Assembly (NCBI RefSeq): GCF_037042905.1
Contig: NC_087258.1
Coordinates: 11,532,001 to 11,596,000, forward strand
Origin: Lytechinus pictus
Lineage: Eukaryota
Direction: 5' to 3'
Length of the DNA stretch: 64,000 nt
The notes beneath the pieces are model-generated. The model was not told where the DNA came from. It worked only from the letters and a program-made list of their open reading frames with translations, and searched no databases. Made by a program: the position numbers and the translations under genes. Numbering within the stretch: the stretch's first letter is position 1; every line of letters begins with the position of its first letter. Below, piece after piece: positions 26,721-46,000 of this stretch.

Positions 26721-27864
26721 CTACCACCATCGCAGGGCATCTAACCTTATATCACAACCCCAAAACATGGTCACAAGAATGCACGTCCATGATTCCAGAA
26801 AGTATTCCTCCCCAAGTAAACAACAAGACAAGACCAATGCAACTAAACACACAATAGTGTCTTGAACGAAAATGTATTGTTTATCAACAGTGTATGCTAC
26901 ACATTAAACGACACTTTGAAGAACAGACTATATGAATAAAATTAATATATTGCAGATTATATTTCGGCTATATTCAGTGCTAAAACACAGTTACACCCTG
27001 CAGTTTCTCATTTCTGTGCTACATGTTTTCATACTGTTTTGTAATAAAAGACTATTTGATATGTGCGTCCTCAGTATCATTACGCTTTAAATATCACTAT
27101 AATCTTGAAACTTTTCAACTCCCCTTCCACTTTGGTTTAGTACGTGTATCAATTAGAAACATTTCCTCTGTAAGAGGTAGTGCTATTCGTAAGAAGTGGC
27201 TTCAGGTGATTTCATATCTCGATATAAACATACAAGTATATTTGGTAGTAATTTAACTTCATGTTGAATGGAGGGAACATCATAATACAGTCACACCAAC
27301 GAAACTGACTCGTTATGTAGAATGGTATACTATCGGTCGGTTCAGAGACGCTTTCGCTGATGGGACTGTAGCATGAAATGGTTCTCACTGTACACATTTT
27401 TCGTCATTGAGCAGATATCAAACAAGGATATACAAATATATATATATATATATATATAGGCTATATATATATATATATATACATGTGTGTGTATGTGTGT
27501 GTCTATCGACGGCCATGAATACTACCTTTTTTTTCAAATGTTAACAACATCAAAGATTGTTCCCTTCCCTACACCCATCCCCAAGGTGCGCACTCAATCC
27601 AACGTGACTCGCAACTTCATGCATGTAACCAACCCTGCCTTGAAGCCAAAGTGTGGCAACGAGTGCGTCATCGTGATCTGTATCATAGAAGAACAACGAC
27701 CATTTATTTATAATACAAGGATAGTCAAGACTGGGTTTAAATCCCAGTACAAATAATTTTATGTGTCCGTAGTCAACCCCACTCCCGATTTATCCCTCGC
27801 AGTATCCGTTTTGTGACTTTAATTCTGGTACCGCCCCCAACTTTTAAAAATCGGGAGCCGCCTA

Positions 27865-33134
<5,270 letters not shown>

Positions 33135-33289
33135 ATTGATAGCTTTTTGATGAAAAAAAATAGCAAGATCTGAATAGATATTCGAATTATTGCAGGCACT
33201 ACAACCGGCCTCGTCTGAATGCAAAATATTGAGTAAGTGATATTATCTGAATCGTTGATCTTTTATCAATATCGGCGTTGTTTGCACTT

Positions 33290-33455
33290 TCCTAGCAGCG
33301 GTTTCCACGGATACCCCCAAGGGATCGACTAAAAATCGTTTAATCCAATTTCTGTTCTCGAATGAATAGTTCCTCTTTCGAAGCTGGCTCACTATAAGAA
33401 TGGCGCCGGGATATATTTCATAGGGGAGGTACATGACGATCTACACGTGACGTTA
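33290..33455 (-). promoter_or_regulatory. Probable beta-tubulin proximal promoter
   Basis: 170-320 nt upstream of the ATG: X-box-like GTTTCCACGGATAC (33301-33314), CCAAT (33345), AATGGCG (YY1-like, ~33400), CACGTGAC (~33445). Confidence 0.4.
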
Positions 33456-33529
33456 GTTTTCTAATTTGAATAACATGAATTATAGTGCTGTGACGGCATT
33501 ATGGTTTACAGTCCTCTTAAGGACTATAC

Positions 33530-33814
33530 CAGGCCGGGACGGATCCAGGATTTTCCAAAGGGGGGGGGGGGCACATTTTCCCGAGGAAAATTTTGACAGG
33601 CAAAAAAAAAAGGGGGGGTTCAAACAAAATAAGGACATTTTGTCCACGAAAAAAAAATCGATAAGCAAAAAAAAGGTCTTCACTTTAAAAAGGGGGAGCA
33701 TACTTGTGTTGTAACGGCATTTTTACATAACAAATTTGAAATGTGCCTCTCAAAGGGGGGGGGGGGGGGGCACGGGCCGGCTTTGCCCCCCCCCCCCCCC
33801 TGGATTCGACTGTG
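33530..33814. mobile_element. hAT-like MITE, sibling of 23786-24051
   Basis: Shares ggatccaggattttccaa(g)n-gca...gaaaattttgac and ggcatttttacat; degenerate ends. Confidence 0.75.
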
Positions 33815-35852
33815 GACTACATCATTTAACCTCCACTTTCACGCCTATTCATTTCACCTCTACATCTATCAAATTTGTTATTCCTTTTAAGACTTTCTAT
33901 AATTTTTCCACAAAAAATTGGTTTTCATTGACAATTATTCATCCGATTGGGTCAGAACAAATTAATTTGTCAGATGTACGTGTAGTGTCGAGGCGATCCC
34001 TGAATCATATTTCTGGTAGAATTATGAATGCCTGTATAGGCCCTATAGTTACATTTAATTACATTTATTTATTGACAGAAAAGGATCCACCTCAGGTTTA
34101 ATATGTGATCCGAGCCACGTACAATATCGTCAAAATGCTGCGCTGTTTTCTGTTTTTTGACACGGATGCGTATAAATATCAATCAAAAAGCAGATCAGTT
34201 TTATTGATGAGGTGATCCCTGTATCATATTTCGACAATATGTATTAAATGCCCGTATATATATATGGACTTAACCTTTTTGATAGAAATATACTTTGCGA
34301 ACCCCGTCACAATACCGTGCTGCTACTGTTTTCGACACGCATGCGTAGATATCAGTTGAAAACACAAAATGTCCATTGACCCGGCAATTTGTTTAACCCA
34401 GTCACCAGGGGTGATGGAATGAAGAGAGTACGTGAAAAGAAAATCTGTTTCGTTTGAAAATGAATAATAATTCTGCCCTTCAGAATAGAGTCACTGCACT
34501 TTTGTGTTTTTCGTTGCCATGACACCCAGGTATATTTGGATTTACAAAGCGAACTATCGATTGATATCCATTATCACAAATCATATATAAATACAAATGT
34601 ATATAAATGTATTCGTTTCTTTTAGTGGTCCTAACTAGCATGCTAACAGCTAAATGCTTATCTATGTGGGTATGCGCGTTCTTAGATTTCTTTTTTGTTA
34701 GGACAGGTATGCATAGATGTAATTTAGAAGTATAAGACGTACATGTATGACAAGAATGCGCCAATATGGAATACATTTTTTGAAGCGAGAATAATGTATT
34801 ATAAGGGAATGAAGGAACAATTAAACGAAGACGGCAAAATCAAGAATTCATAAGAAATGCAATTATGTGACATAACTTAGCAACATGTATAATTATTTTG
34901 CCACTTAACAAAAAGATAATTCTTAATGCGAAAACGACCTTTCTTATATAGTTAAAATCTAATATCATGCATTTCTCTGACATTTATAATGACTCTCACA
35001 GTAGTGAAAAGTACATCCCTTTTGTTGCCGTACTGTACATCATATTGATAAAATCATAAAGATTACAAACTTTCTTATTTGACATTAAAAATATTTCTTT
35101 CGGAATAGAAGTTTGGTTGCTAAGAAGCAATGGTGGTTTGGTGATAAAACTATCGGGAATATGATTCAGCATGCATTTATTGTCGTTAAATGCCACGCAG
35201 TTATTTCCTAAATCGCTGTATAATTATGTATTGCTTCTCATATTTTTGTTTAGTGCAATCGAGCATGCTGTGTGTGTACATGACTTTTGTGTATAATGTA
35301 TGAGAAGGTGCGGGTGTATAGGGTGGGATGTACAGTACATGTATGTGTGTATGTGCTGAGCGTGTGAGTGAGTCATGGGGAGGGTTTATGGTAGAGTGTG
35401 GGTGTGCGTATGTATGTGTTCGATCTCCGGCACGTCAGTTTTGTTCTTGAGCAATTTTTATATTTATATACAGTACTGTGTTTTTAACATACATAAATCA
35501 GAAATGGGTGAAGAGGCAATTTTTAGAGGGTCACAATATGGTGTAATGGAAAGAATTTCTAATTAGAAGGGGAAAAAAGTCGCGAACAAGCGAAATTTGT
35601 AACTTTTTAACGATCAAAATCTATTTTTTTGCATAATATTAAAAAATATCACCACATTTCACAAATTTCCCACTTTTTTCCCCTTTTCTTTTTTCTTAGT
35701 CCTTCTAGATTTTGGGTGCAATTACTGTGGCGATTTCACAGAAAAAAATATAATTGTTAATGGAATGAACTAAAATAAACCCTAATACAATTAGTAACCG
35801 CAACAATAATTGGTGGATAAATCGGATTTTCAGAACGCGCATCACAATGTGT

Positions 35853-36130
35853 GGGTGCGTCGTGGTTTAGTGGATCTGAATCTCGCATTTGACACAGAGG
35901 GTCGTGGGTTCGAATCCTAGCCATTGCGTGTTTTCCTTCAGCAACAAATTTATCCACACTGTGCTGCACTCGACCCAGGTGAGGTGAATGGGTACCCGGC
36001 AGGAGTAATTCCTCGCACGCACTGAGCGCCGGTGATGGTAGCTCGAGTTATGGCCGGGGTAATAATAGCACCGCTTTGTATCCTCAGGCAAAAAGCGCTT
36101 TATAAATCCAGCTATTATTATTATTATTAT
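35853..36130 (+). mobile_element. tRNA-derived SINE
   Basis: Pol III A box tggtttagtgg (35863-35873), B box ggttcgaatcc (35907-35917), central ctcgacccaggtg...aatgggtacc core, 3' aagcgctttataaa plus (TAT)n tail. Confidence 0.85.
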
Positions 36131-37261
36131 ATATCTTTTTCTCTCTGTGTGCCCCGGCCCCCCTCTCTCTCCTCCTCACCCTCCGTCTTTGCTACCATCT
36201 CTTTGCCTTTTCCACCCCCTCGAAGCCCCCACTCTCCTTTTCGGTCCCTCCAGCTAGCTATCCCCCCTCTCTCTGTCTCTCTCTCTCTCTGTTCCTGCAT
36301 ATCTTCATCGCCCCTTTCTTTTCAGTGGACTTAATTCTGATCTCAGGTTTTATATCTAAAGTTTTGGTTTAACTATGGATAGTGGGACAAGTATCTCTAA
36401 CAGTACAAGTTCCAATTTATCAGCTAATTTGATACTCGAAAAAATCATTCATAACTGAGTGGGAATAATTACTGAAATAGATTTCTTCATCATTAAAAAA
36501 AAAAGGAGGAACGAACCAAGTAGAGATAGGAAAAATAATGTAAATGCAATTTTGACTTTTTTTTGTCTTCCCATCATTTCAACAGAGATTAGACCGTGGC
36601 CTAACTTAAACTGGGATTCAGAATACGGGGCATAATCTCTAAACTCAATAAGCATGGAACATATATTAAATGATTAAATGGGAACAGAGTGGCAATTTTC
36701 AATTAGTGAACGATTAACAACGATTCGTGGTAGAAAATACAATACATTTTTAATCAAAAGAATCCAGTTTGATCAACAGGATCAAACTTGATCTAACATT
36801 TTGAAGATATTGTCACTCCTTGTTTCCTTTAACATGTTTAAATAGTTACATTGTAATATTTATATAGTAAATATGCCATCATTTTCCCTTCCTTAAAATT
36901 TTTCGTAAACACATTTTTATTTGAAGATAACATATTTGAAATGATATTTATGTACATTTAAATTTCATTTATACGTAAAATGTGCCCTTCCAGTTTAAAC
37001 ACATGCTGTCCATACATATATACTATAAGTAGGGATTTATATAACAAATGGGGTTCTGATTCGCATATGATAATGCCGAACATATCGCATCCAATTTGCA
37101 GAAAAACAATTCTTATACCATGCACAGCATCTTCATATATTTGAATATAGGATAAAAGAGCACTGTTGATTAAATATCTTGCTTACGGTGCCATGGACCT
37201 TATAGACCACTTGGCCACGGCATGAAGAGTTTTCAAAAATTTAATCAAAGAATATAGGCCT

Positions 37262-37479
37262 ACGCTCTTAAAATAGTTTGGCAAAACTTTTAACCAACCC
37301 TGGGCAACATACTGTCCACACAACTATTGGTTAAAATATGTTCAAATTGGGTAATAAAAACTAATAACTGGGTGATAAATTTGCTCAATTGGATAATACT
37401 TACCCAGAATATATAAAATTTTTACCAACATACATTACCCGACACAGTGGACAGTATGTTGCCCAACATTTCAAGTGTG
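37262..37479. mobile_element. CACTCT-type MITE, sibling of 16862-17059
   Basis: tgggcaacatactgtccac / gtggacagtatgttgccca inverted pair. Confidence 0.7.
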
Positions 37480-37708
37480 TAAATCCCTTGATATAAATAC
37501 ATATGCATAGAGATAACATTAAATGCATTTATTCATTCTCGCTTTCGATGAATGATTTGAATTTTCTTTAAAGCATTAACGAACCAGCAGCCCTGATAGC
37601 GCCACCTCACGTCCTCAACTACTCATACACCTGGCCAGCATCATGAAGCATTCCGAGCTGTTTAGTATTGTGATATAGGCCCACTTGAATGATAGAACAC
37701 TAATTCAC

Positions 37709-38061
37709 CATAGCCCTGCATGGGAGGCGGGGGTGCTGAATCACCCCTAAAAATTTCCTTGGGGGTGCTGCGTGTAATATTCTCCATAGGCAACACCCAG
37801 GTATTCAGGAAGATGTGTAAAAATTAAAAAATTTAACCAAAATGACCTCCATTTTGTATTGCAAACTTATTTTTGCTTTCCAAATTTCTCTGGATCAACA
37901 TGACCTCCATTTTGAAGTGAAAATCCTTTTTTTTTTTTTTTTTTGCTTTCCATATTTCTCTGGACCAATTTGACCTACATTTTGTAGTGAGAACCCTTTT
38001 TTTGGCTTTTCAAATTTACATCACCACCCCCAGTAAAAAAAAGATCGTTCCCAGTGCCCTG
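37709..38061. mobile_element. hAT-like MITE with three internal ~60-bp repeats
   Basis: Exact 8-bp TSD taattcac; right end ttcccagtgccctg; repeated tgacctccattttg. Confidence 0.8.
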
Positions 38062-38555
38062 TAATTCACCACTCAGTAAATTCATATCACACTAAATGTT
38101 ACCAAGTAGCAAAAGAAACCATATCAGTTTCTCTGTATGAATAAAACGATATGCTAATTGATTCTCTGTAGTACTACTGATGATTATCTCAAAATGTATA
38201 TTTTTACGACTAGTTATTTACAGCACACAGTCAATGAGAGACAACAAATTGTTGATCAGTTCGCTTCCCATTTAAAAACCCTTATTCTCATGTATCTGTG
38301 ACAAACGACCAATGGTCTGTCATTGGAAATATCAATAATGGCTATTGCCGTTCTGGGGTCGGTTTCACCGGTGTGATAGCGGGATAAATGGGAAGGTCAC
38401 CCTGGGGTAGAAGCAAATTAACGAGTATTTGGCGAATATGGCGAGTTAAGATCTTCAAATTTTGGACGTCGCATACGGTCATCAATCACACCTTGCATTC
38501 CATAAAATTTCTTCTCAGGAAGTATCAAAGAAGATTACTAGTGCATTAAAAACTA

Positions 38556-39713
38556 TTATACAACTCCCAAGAATGTTCTGTAATCTGATTGGTCCAAATC
38601 GGATCACATGATATTCAGCGAATTGCACTACTGCATCCCAAATGCACTATCCTGCACTCTGACGTCATACCAAAAGTACCATCCTGCACTCTGTGAGGTC
38701 AGAGTGCAGGATAGTGCGAGGTCTGGACTTATCTATAATTATGGAGAATTTAGATCAAATATAGCATTCGGGGCAATAACATGGGGCAGGAGGGGGTTGT
38801 ATAAAACAAACAATGTACGCATTCTTGTGCATAGAGGACCTAAATCAGTAAATAATGAACTCTGTGCTCGACTCGACAAATGGATATACCGCACTCAGTC
38901 CTGCGGACCTCGGTGTGGTATATTATACAAATAATGCACGTAAGCGCTGGCATGCAGGGCCAAATAATGAACGATGTGCGAGAAGAGCCAATGGATATAC
39001 CGCACAGAGGTCCGCAGGACCGAGTGCGGTTTATCCATTTGGCGAGTCGAGCACAGAGTTCATTATTTACGTTTACGTCCTCTATGCACAAGAGTGCCAG
39101 GGGCGGATCCAGCTTTTTATAAAGGGGGGGTTGGGGTGGTATGCATGGGAGCGTAGCGACCGAGTCCAAGCGAGCGGAGCGAGCGAGGGGGGAGGGTGTG
39201 GGAGGGGGGTGTCCCCCCTCCCACAGTAGGGAAAATTTTTGAAAATCTGTGTGTGAAAATGGCGTTTTCTTGCATCTAAAAAAGATAAGATTTTAAAAAA
39301 TGGTCCCCGGATTTTTTTTTTTGGGGGGGGAGGTTGCAACCCCCCCAACCCCCCTCTAGATCCGCTTCTAAGTGCGTGCATCGTTTGTTTTATACAACCC
39401 CCTCCTCTCCCATGTTACTGACTTGCCCCGAATGCTATTATTTGATCTAAATTCTAGATAATTCTAGATCATTCCAGACCTCGTACTATCCTGTACTCTG
39501 ACGTCAGAGTGCAGGATAGTACTTTTGGTATGACGTCAGAGTGCAGGATAGTGCATTTTGGATGCAATAGTGCAATTCGCTGAATATCATGTGATCCGAT
39601 TTGGACCAATCAGATTACAGAACATTCTTGGGAGTTGTATAACCATCGGCTATTCTCGCACATCGTTCATTATTTGGCCCTGCATGCACGCGCTTACGTG
39701 CATTATTTGTATA
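38556..39713. mobile_element. Composite inverted-repeat element with A-B-A'-B' organisation
   Basis: A 38556-38923, B 38924-38994, inverted A 38995-39642 (interrupted by a hAT MITE), inverted B 39643-39713 (4 mismatches in 71 nt versus B). Confidence 0.85.
39098..39370. mobile_element. hAT-like MITE nested in the inverted A arm
   Basis: caggggcggatccag ... ctagatccgcttcta; absent from the left arm; partial TSD agtgc. Confidence 0.8.
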
Positions 39714-40074
39714 CTAACAAGCACAGTTATTGTAAACGCTTCTATAAAAACATGTATAAATAATTTCGGTTATCGTGAAACATAAATTTTTTTTTTTAAT
39801 GTACATGGAATGGGAGGAGCTACTAGACTATGACCTCAAATATTTTAATTTCTAATTTCAACATGCATAACTCCGTTATTCTTCGTAGGATTTTTGTAAA
39901 ATATTCCTCATCAGTACATATCTCCATTTTTCTTAAAATCAATTTTACATCAAGGTATAACCTATCCTTTAGAGCAAAGGTTTGTTGTGCATTCCAACTG
40001 TTTCCTATTCGCGCCCTTTACAGGTTGTCTTTGATATCCCTTTGGAAATAGTCTGTCGATAGAACTGCATACAT

Positions 40075-43000
40075 TCACTGATCTTGCTCGAAAAACATGA
40101 ATTCCTGAAAGATAAACATAATTTGAAGAAACATATTTCTGTGATTTTTTTTTCCAACAGGGGAATGATAAATAAGTATAAAATTTGATAGGCCTACATG
40201 GGTTATTACCGTTAATCAGTGCATTTAGAAACTTGTCTATGTACCCATGATTGCATAATATTATTGTACATGCACTAATTATCACCATGATCATATTGGT
40301 AAACATCTTTACGCTGATTACACAAATACGGACATGAAACATAAAATTGTCCATAAATTATTCATTGCAGGGGGAAAATGAGATGTTCAATTTAAAGAAA
40401 TAAGTAATTACAGAATGACTAAATAATCAATGGGAATAGTAAAGAGGGAAAATATAGTATAGATATTACCAAAACTATCAATTCTTAAGTTGATCGATTT
40501 CAAGAGTTATAGATTTTGAAAAGAAAAAGGAAAGATGTTATACTCACAATTAGAAACAAAGCTCCCATGAGAGTTGCCTTTGCTTTTACATCAAGATCTG
40601 AAGGAACTGTTAAAATATTAAATTAATTGCTTAAGATTAGCTTAGTGAGTTTATTATAAAGTTATGGGCTACGATTTGTAAAATTTAAGAATGATAAAAT
40701 GTAATCATTGTAATCATGGTAATCAAATAAAAATGGCCACATGAGGCTGCCTTGAGAGACACCAGCATGCATGCTTATACCGGTAAAATTTCATCGTTTG
40801 TTATTTACGATTTTTTGTATGCCTTTGTGATGTGGCAATATTTGTGCCATATGTATAAGTACTTTTATTTCATGTATACAATTTCAAAATAGATAGACAA
40901 AACTACAAAAAAACGATAGAAGAGAATGAATACTTACACGTCATACCAAAGTGATCCGCTTTCGTGAAGCATTCCCTCAGCCAACCTGACCATTGCTTCT
41001 GTATGACACCTAGTTCACTACTCAGGTCGTTTGACATCACCTGTAGTAGGTAACCATGACAACAGAGAAAGAAAGATTTTTCTTAAAATCTTTAACATAT
41101 AAGTTATGAATGATAAATTAATTTGGTGTTGTCATATCAGTAGCCTTGAGGCTAAACAGACATGACGGAGAGAGAAGGGTCATTTTCCTGCACACTGCAC
41201 ATATTATAAGCCGGACTAGAAAGTGTAAGATGTGTATTTTTGTGATTTGAGCTATGAAAACGAAACACGATACGTGCATTTTATGACAGGTATAAGGGTA
41301 AGAAAAACGAGTTTCTGGAGTTACAATAAGTAAATATTTCTAACCTGTAAATTCGGCCATGTTTATGGGAATAAGTCTATTTTTCCACAAAATAGGTCTG
41401 TTTTTTCCGGCGACCTATGCTATTTTGATATGGGCATGTTGTTGTAAAGGGGTAATATTTAGAATATGTCTTTGGAAGGACTTACTTTAAATTCAACATC
41501 ACATCTGCAGCAAATGGTTTGACAGATACAGCACGGTCCTCTGATCTTCAGGATCGGGTTCATGTCGGCGTCCATCACATCCATATGAGGGTACCACCAG
41601 CTCTTACTACAGACCAAAGAATTGAGTCATCATTAAAGAATTCAGCTTAAGTTTGAAGTAATTACCAATATTTGCATTATCTGTATAGCTGCCTAATTGA
41701 AGTTAAGTAGTATCCTCAGATCCCAACAAGAATCTCGATGGCTATATGTAGTATGTAATAAACTTACGATTCTCTTGAAGTATATAGGTTAGTATTAGCA
41801 TGGACCTACTACTCTGACTAGTAGGGTCATGGTATTAGTCTTTAGGAGACGTGGCAACTCAGTCATAGAGCAGTGGTCACTCGGTGTGCTAGCTCTTACC
41901 CCTTGGCAAGGCACCAGTACTTGTTACCAGGTCTCTCGGATACGACCTAAAGCTTTAGATCCTTGATTGCATACAACAACTACAGGCTTATAAATGATTA
42001 TCAGCAATCAGGTAAACCAAATATAATATACACTGTTAGAAAAAACAAGATTTACAGAAGAAAAATTAAAAAACAACTTTTACAGAAAGAAATAACAAAA
42101 TCATTCTGTTACTTGTTATAACAAGAATGATTTTCCACAATTTTTCTACAACAGATCTGTTTTAAAAAGGGGAAATCAGTTTTATTGCAATTAATTTGGA
42201 AGGGTACATACACCAAATACAAATTTTCTGTTATTTTACACAAATGCATGTAAGCTTACACAGTACAGTAAGATTACAGGTGCTCTCGACTTTGTTTGGA
42301 GGGTTTTTTTTTTTTTTTTTTAAGTATAAATTTTCTAACAGTGTACCATCATCACATTTAGCAAATGGAATGTTACATGCAATATGACAGTACACTTATC
42401 CCCCATAGAGACCTTTTAACGTATCAATCCTAACGTTAGGGAGTATTCGCTCTTTAACGCACGACAGATTAAATAAATATACAAAATGTGTTGTCAAATG
42501 CCCTTCATGACAATGAAGAAACAATAAGTCTTATGTCGAAAATTGGTGAGTGATTACATCAGTTTTGTCCTGGTTTCTGGACAAACGACATATTTGCAAT
42601 TTTTCGTCTGCTCCGAAACTTAGGACGAAAATGTTGTAACTGTTCCGGTTCATCCATTTTCGACAAAGCCCGCTTGGCTGTTCATTGTCATGAAGGGCTT
42701 TTGACACTAGATCTTCGCTGTTCTTGAATCTGTCGTGCGCCGTGGAACTAAAGTTCCTTAATCATGTTAATGTTAAAGATTGATACGTTAAAAAAGTAGT
42801 GATTGGGATGAAGACCTTACAGCTGTTCATTGTCATTTGACGTGCATTTTTCAATATATTTACAGTGGTCTTGAATCCGTTCCCGTTGCATTTGCGAATA
42901 CTACCTTCACAGCAAAAACTGTGGTGTTACCTGGTGTACATAGAGGACCACACCAGCTATTTTACACCGTTGTTAAATAGACAGTCCCGACCTTTCGTTG

Positions 43001-46000
43001 GAAGAACGCGAACGCTTATTTACGACGTTAGTTGATTTTGGAAGAGACTTTTGGGTCCGTCGCCATGGCCTTAAAACTCTGTCCTGCAATGCAAATTGTG
43101 TGACATGAAATTTTTTTTCGTTTCGCATCTGGAACGGAAACATTCAATTTGCGTTTCGTGTGCAAAATTCTGGTTGCTACTATGGTAACAGCGATATATC
43201 CGATTTAGGACGACTTTTCAAATCCACATTTGGTTCCTCCCAGAGCTCGAGAGGCCGCCCGGGGGGGCCCACTTTCATTGAAGAGTGGATACCAGGCGTA
43301 ACAACGCGTAAAAAGGGAAAGAGTGGGTAAGTACGTTACGTATAGGCCTATGTAACGTTATAAAGGTGTCAAAAACGATGATTAAAATACTGAACTTAAA
43401 AAGGGATATATTTCCAATACTTGTAGGGTTTCACAAGCCAAATAATTGTTAAAAGATGCATTTTCATAATTTGGAAAAGACTTGCTTCCCTTGTTTAGGG
43501 TACTTTTCGAAACCCAATGGTCGTGCCTGGTATCCACTCATCAATGGAAGTGGTCCCCCCGGAATTTGAATCTAACCCCCCATTGCTGGGGAAAGTAAAA
43601 CATAATACCCTTTACATCGTGTGCTAGAGGCGTATCGTTTGTGTAGAAAGAAACAAAAGAAACCCGCATGTTCACACGTATTGCATACGCTGTGTACATA
43701 TCAACGCATGCAAAATGGGTTCGGAATGAGAGGTGATCTGACCCATGGAATCAATTGCCAGTCATCCACCAATAATCCACATTAAATGCAATATCGATTC
43801 GATGGACTGTAATGATCTATATCTAAGCCTTAATTTAGCAAGTTTTTCCTCACTCAATATGTACTCGATTTGTTTGAAAAAACCACTTTCTTATCCATGT
43901 CATATTCTATTTTAGGTCCTACATTTCGAATATCTCCAGCCATCAGTCGTAATACATGCATGTATGGCGCGCGGGTGTCGCGGGAAAGAATTTTGCACAC
44001 GAAAGGCAGATCTGTAGGGCCTGTAACCCCCCTGTAACACAAATCTTAGCATTGATTGTAGAGCAGTTTTCTACGTTTGATTCTATTGACTACAATGTAC
44101 AATCAATCTTAAAAATCAAGTGTATGATTAAGCGTCAACTTTTGTGTTAGGGGACCCTAATCAGCGTCCGTGAGGATTGCGAAAGGTGGCAAGTGTTAGT
44201 TTTACACCTATATGTGTTATTACAACACCTTTGGTTGTTACATTTACACTCTGTGGTGTCATGTTCAATCTCTGGGGTGTAATTTTAATACCTCAGAGTG
44301 TGGTCCTCTATTAACACCAACTGGTGTCAGTTTTAACACCACAGCTTTACAGTGTATAATTCATGAACTTACGTCTGCTTGGCATAACCGATGATGTTAC
44401 CCGGTGGGGCTTCTATCTGAATGAGGTAGGCACAGCACTCGGTATCGGCGCACCAGCAGCATCCAGCACAGCACTGAAATGGCCGAACAATCTTCATCAC
44501 CTCCTAGAGAGAACATGGAAAAGGATAAGGGGTTCATAATGAAGAATTCGGAAGAATTTAGAAAGAATTTGTAGCCCGGTATGACCAGAGGACCAGAGGT
44601 TAGGCGCCTACAGAATGGACGGAACATTGTGTGTAGGCCTATGTTGAAAGCTAAAACAAATTAAAGCATACCCCGAAAACAAAATTTTGTACGTTTATTC
44701 GTGATTAATTTCAAGGCGGACTCAGGACGTCATACAAGAAGACGGGGTGCAAGAATACACTCTTTCATTTTCAAAATTCTCTGACAGGAACGTTTTATCC
44801 CTTCAAAGGGGTGAAAACCTTTAAAAGGGTATTGTAATCTCGTAAGGGGTATTTTTCAGACAAGAGGGGACACAATGCAAAGTCTAGACTAAGGAAAGGG
44901 TTGTAAAACTCTGGCTTGAATTACCACCACCTAGATATTCCACTGATCATTATTTTGCTACAGTGACACCAGCAAACTGACTCCAAACCGATCGATGATA
45001 TGTCATTGGTAATAACGTAATAGCTTTGATCGGTATGGAGTCGTTTTCGTTGATGTGACTGCAGCTAACTCACCCGTTGTTCATTATCAATGACATGAAT
45101 ATCGAGACCCCTGCCTTGTCTACACCAGTAACGATGGCAACAGCTCGATTCTGGGAGGAAACAACAAATATAGTAAAGTTTTCAAAAATCTTAATAATAA
45201 AAGTACCTGCTATGAAAGATGAAAGAACTGTGTGTATATTTTTATAATGATTTCATACAATATAATTTTTTCAACAAAATGGATGAAGATCTGTTCAGCA
45301 TTTCAAAATGTCGCTCGCGGGAAAAAAACTTTTTTTTCAGTGGGATATTTTGATTTCATTAATATTGATCCTACTGGAAGAGCAACTGTCAGTAATTGAT
45401 CAAATTAATAATAATTGATCAATGAGAAAATTTGTGAAAACACAAGTTCATCTGCGTAGTGTTCCTTGTTGTTATGTTTGGTGGTTATTCATTTATCAAC
45501 ATGGATACACCGCGCTACATCATGGAAGTAAAATCCAATACAAAATCTCGGACCCTATTTTAATAACAAACGAAATATTATTTTATGGCAAATATTACTT
45601 GAGTCGGTCAGGTGCAATAGGTGTGTAAATGATAGTATAATATAGATATTTACAGCTCAATAGCACAAAGAATGACTGCGATTTTGATAAATACATTTTT
45701 TTTTTATATATGTATGGATTTGTGATTTAAGTATTAAAAACATATATTACGCGTGATGATTTACTTAAGACTCACCTTCGAAGGCATAAAATATTTGTTG
45801 ACCCAAAGAATTCTTGATGGTGTACTTATTCTTCATTTCAATATTTGTTACAGCTATAAAAAGAATATAAGATAAAACTGCTTTAGAAATATGGGTGGTT
45901 AGGGAAGATTTTAATCAGATCCAGAAAAATAGGTAGAANNNNNNNNNNNNNNNNNNNNNNNNNNNNNNNNNNNNNNNNNNNNNNNNNNNNNNNNNNNNNN

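Noticed and set aside
35853-35925. tRNA-like sequence
   Set aside because: It continues into a SINE core and (TAT)n tail and has no clean cloverleaf, so it is a SINE head.
38608-39785. Cluster of 60-124-aa ORFs as a possible recombinase or transposase
   Set aside because: No catalytic motifs; the ORFs mirror the inverted repeats and cross a MITE boundary.
40018-40055. Alternative last scramblase exon reading DYFQRDIKDNL
   Set aside because: The available AG gives the wrong phase; the exon at 40075-40104 (EFMFFEQDQ) fits and matches the paralogue.
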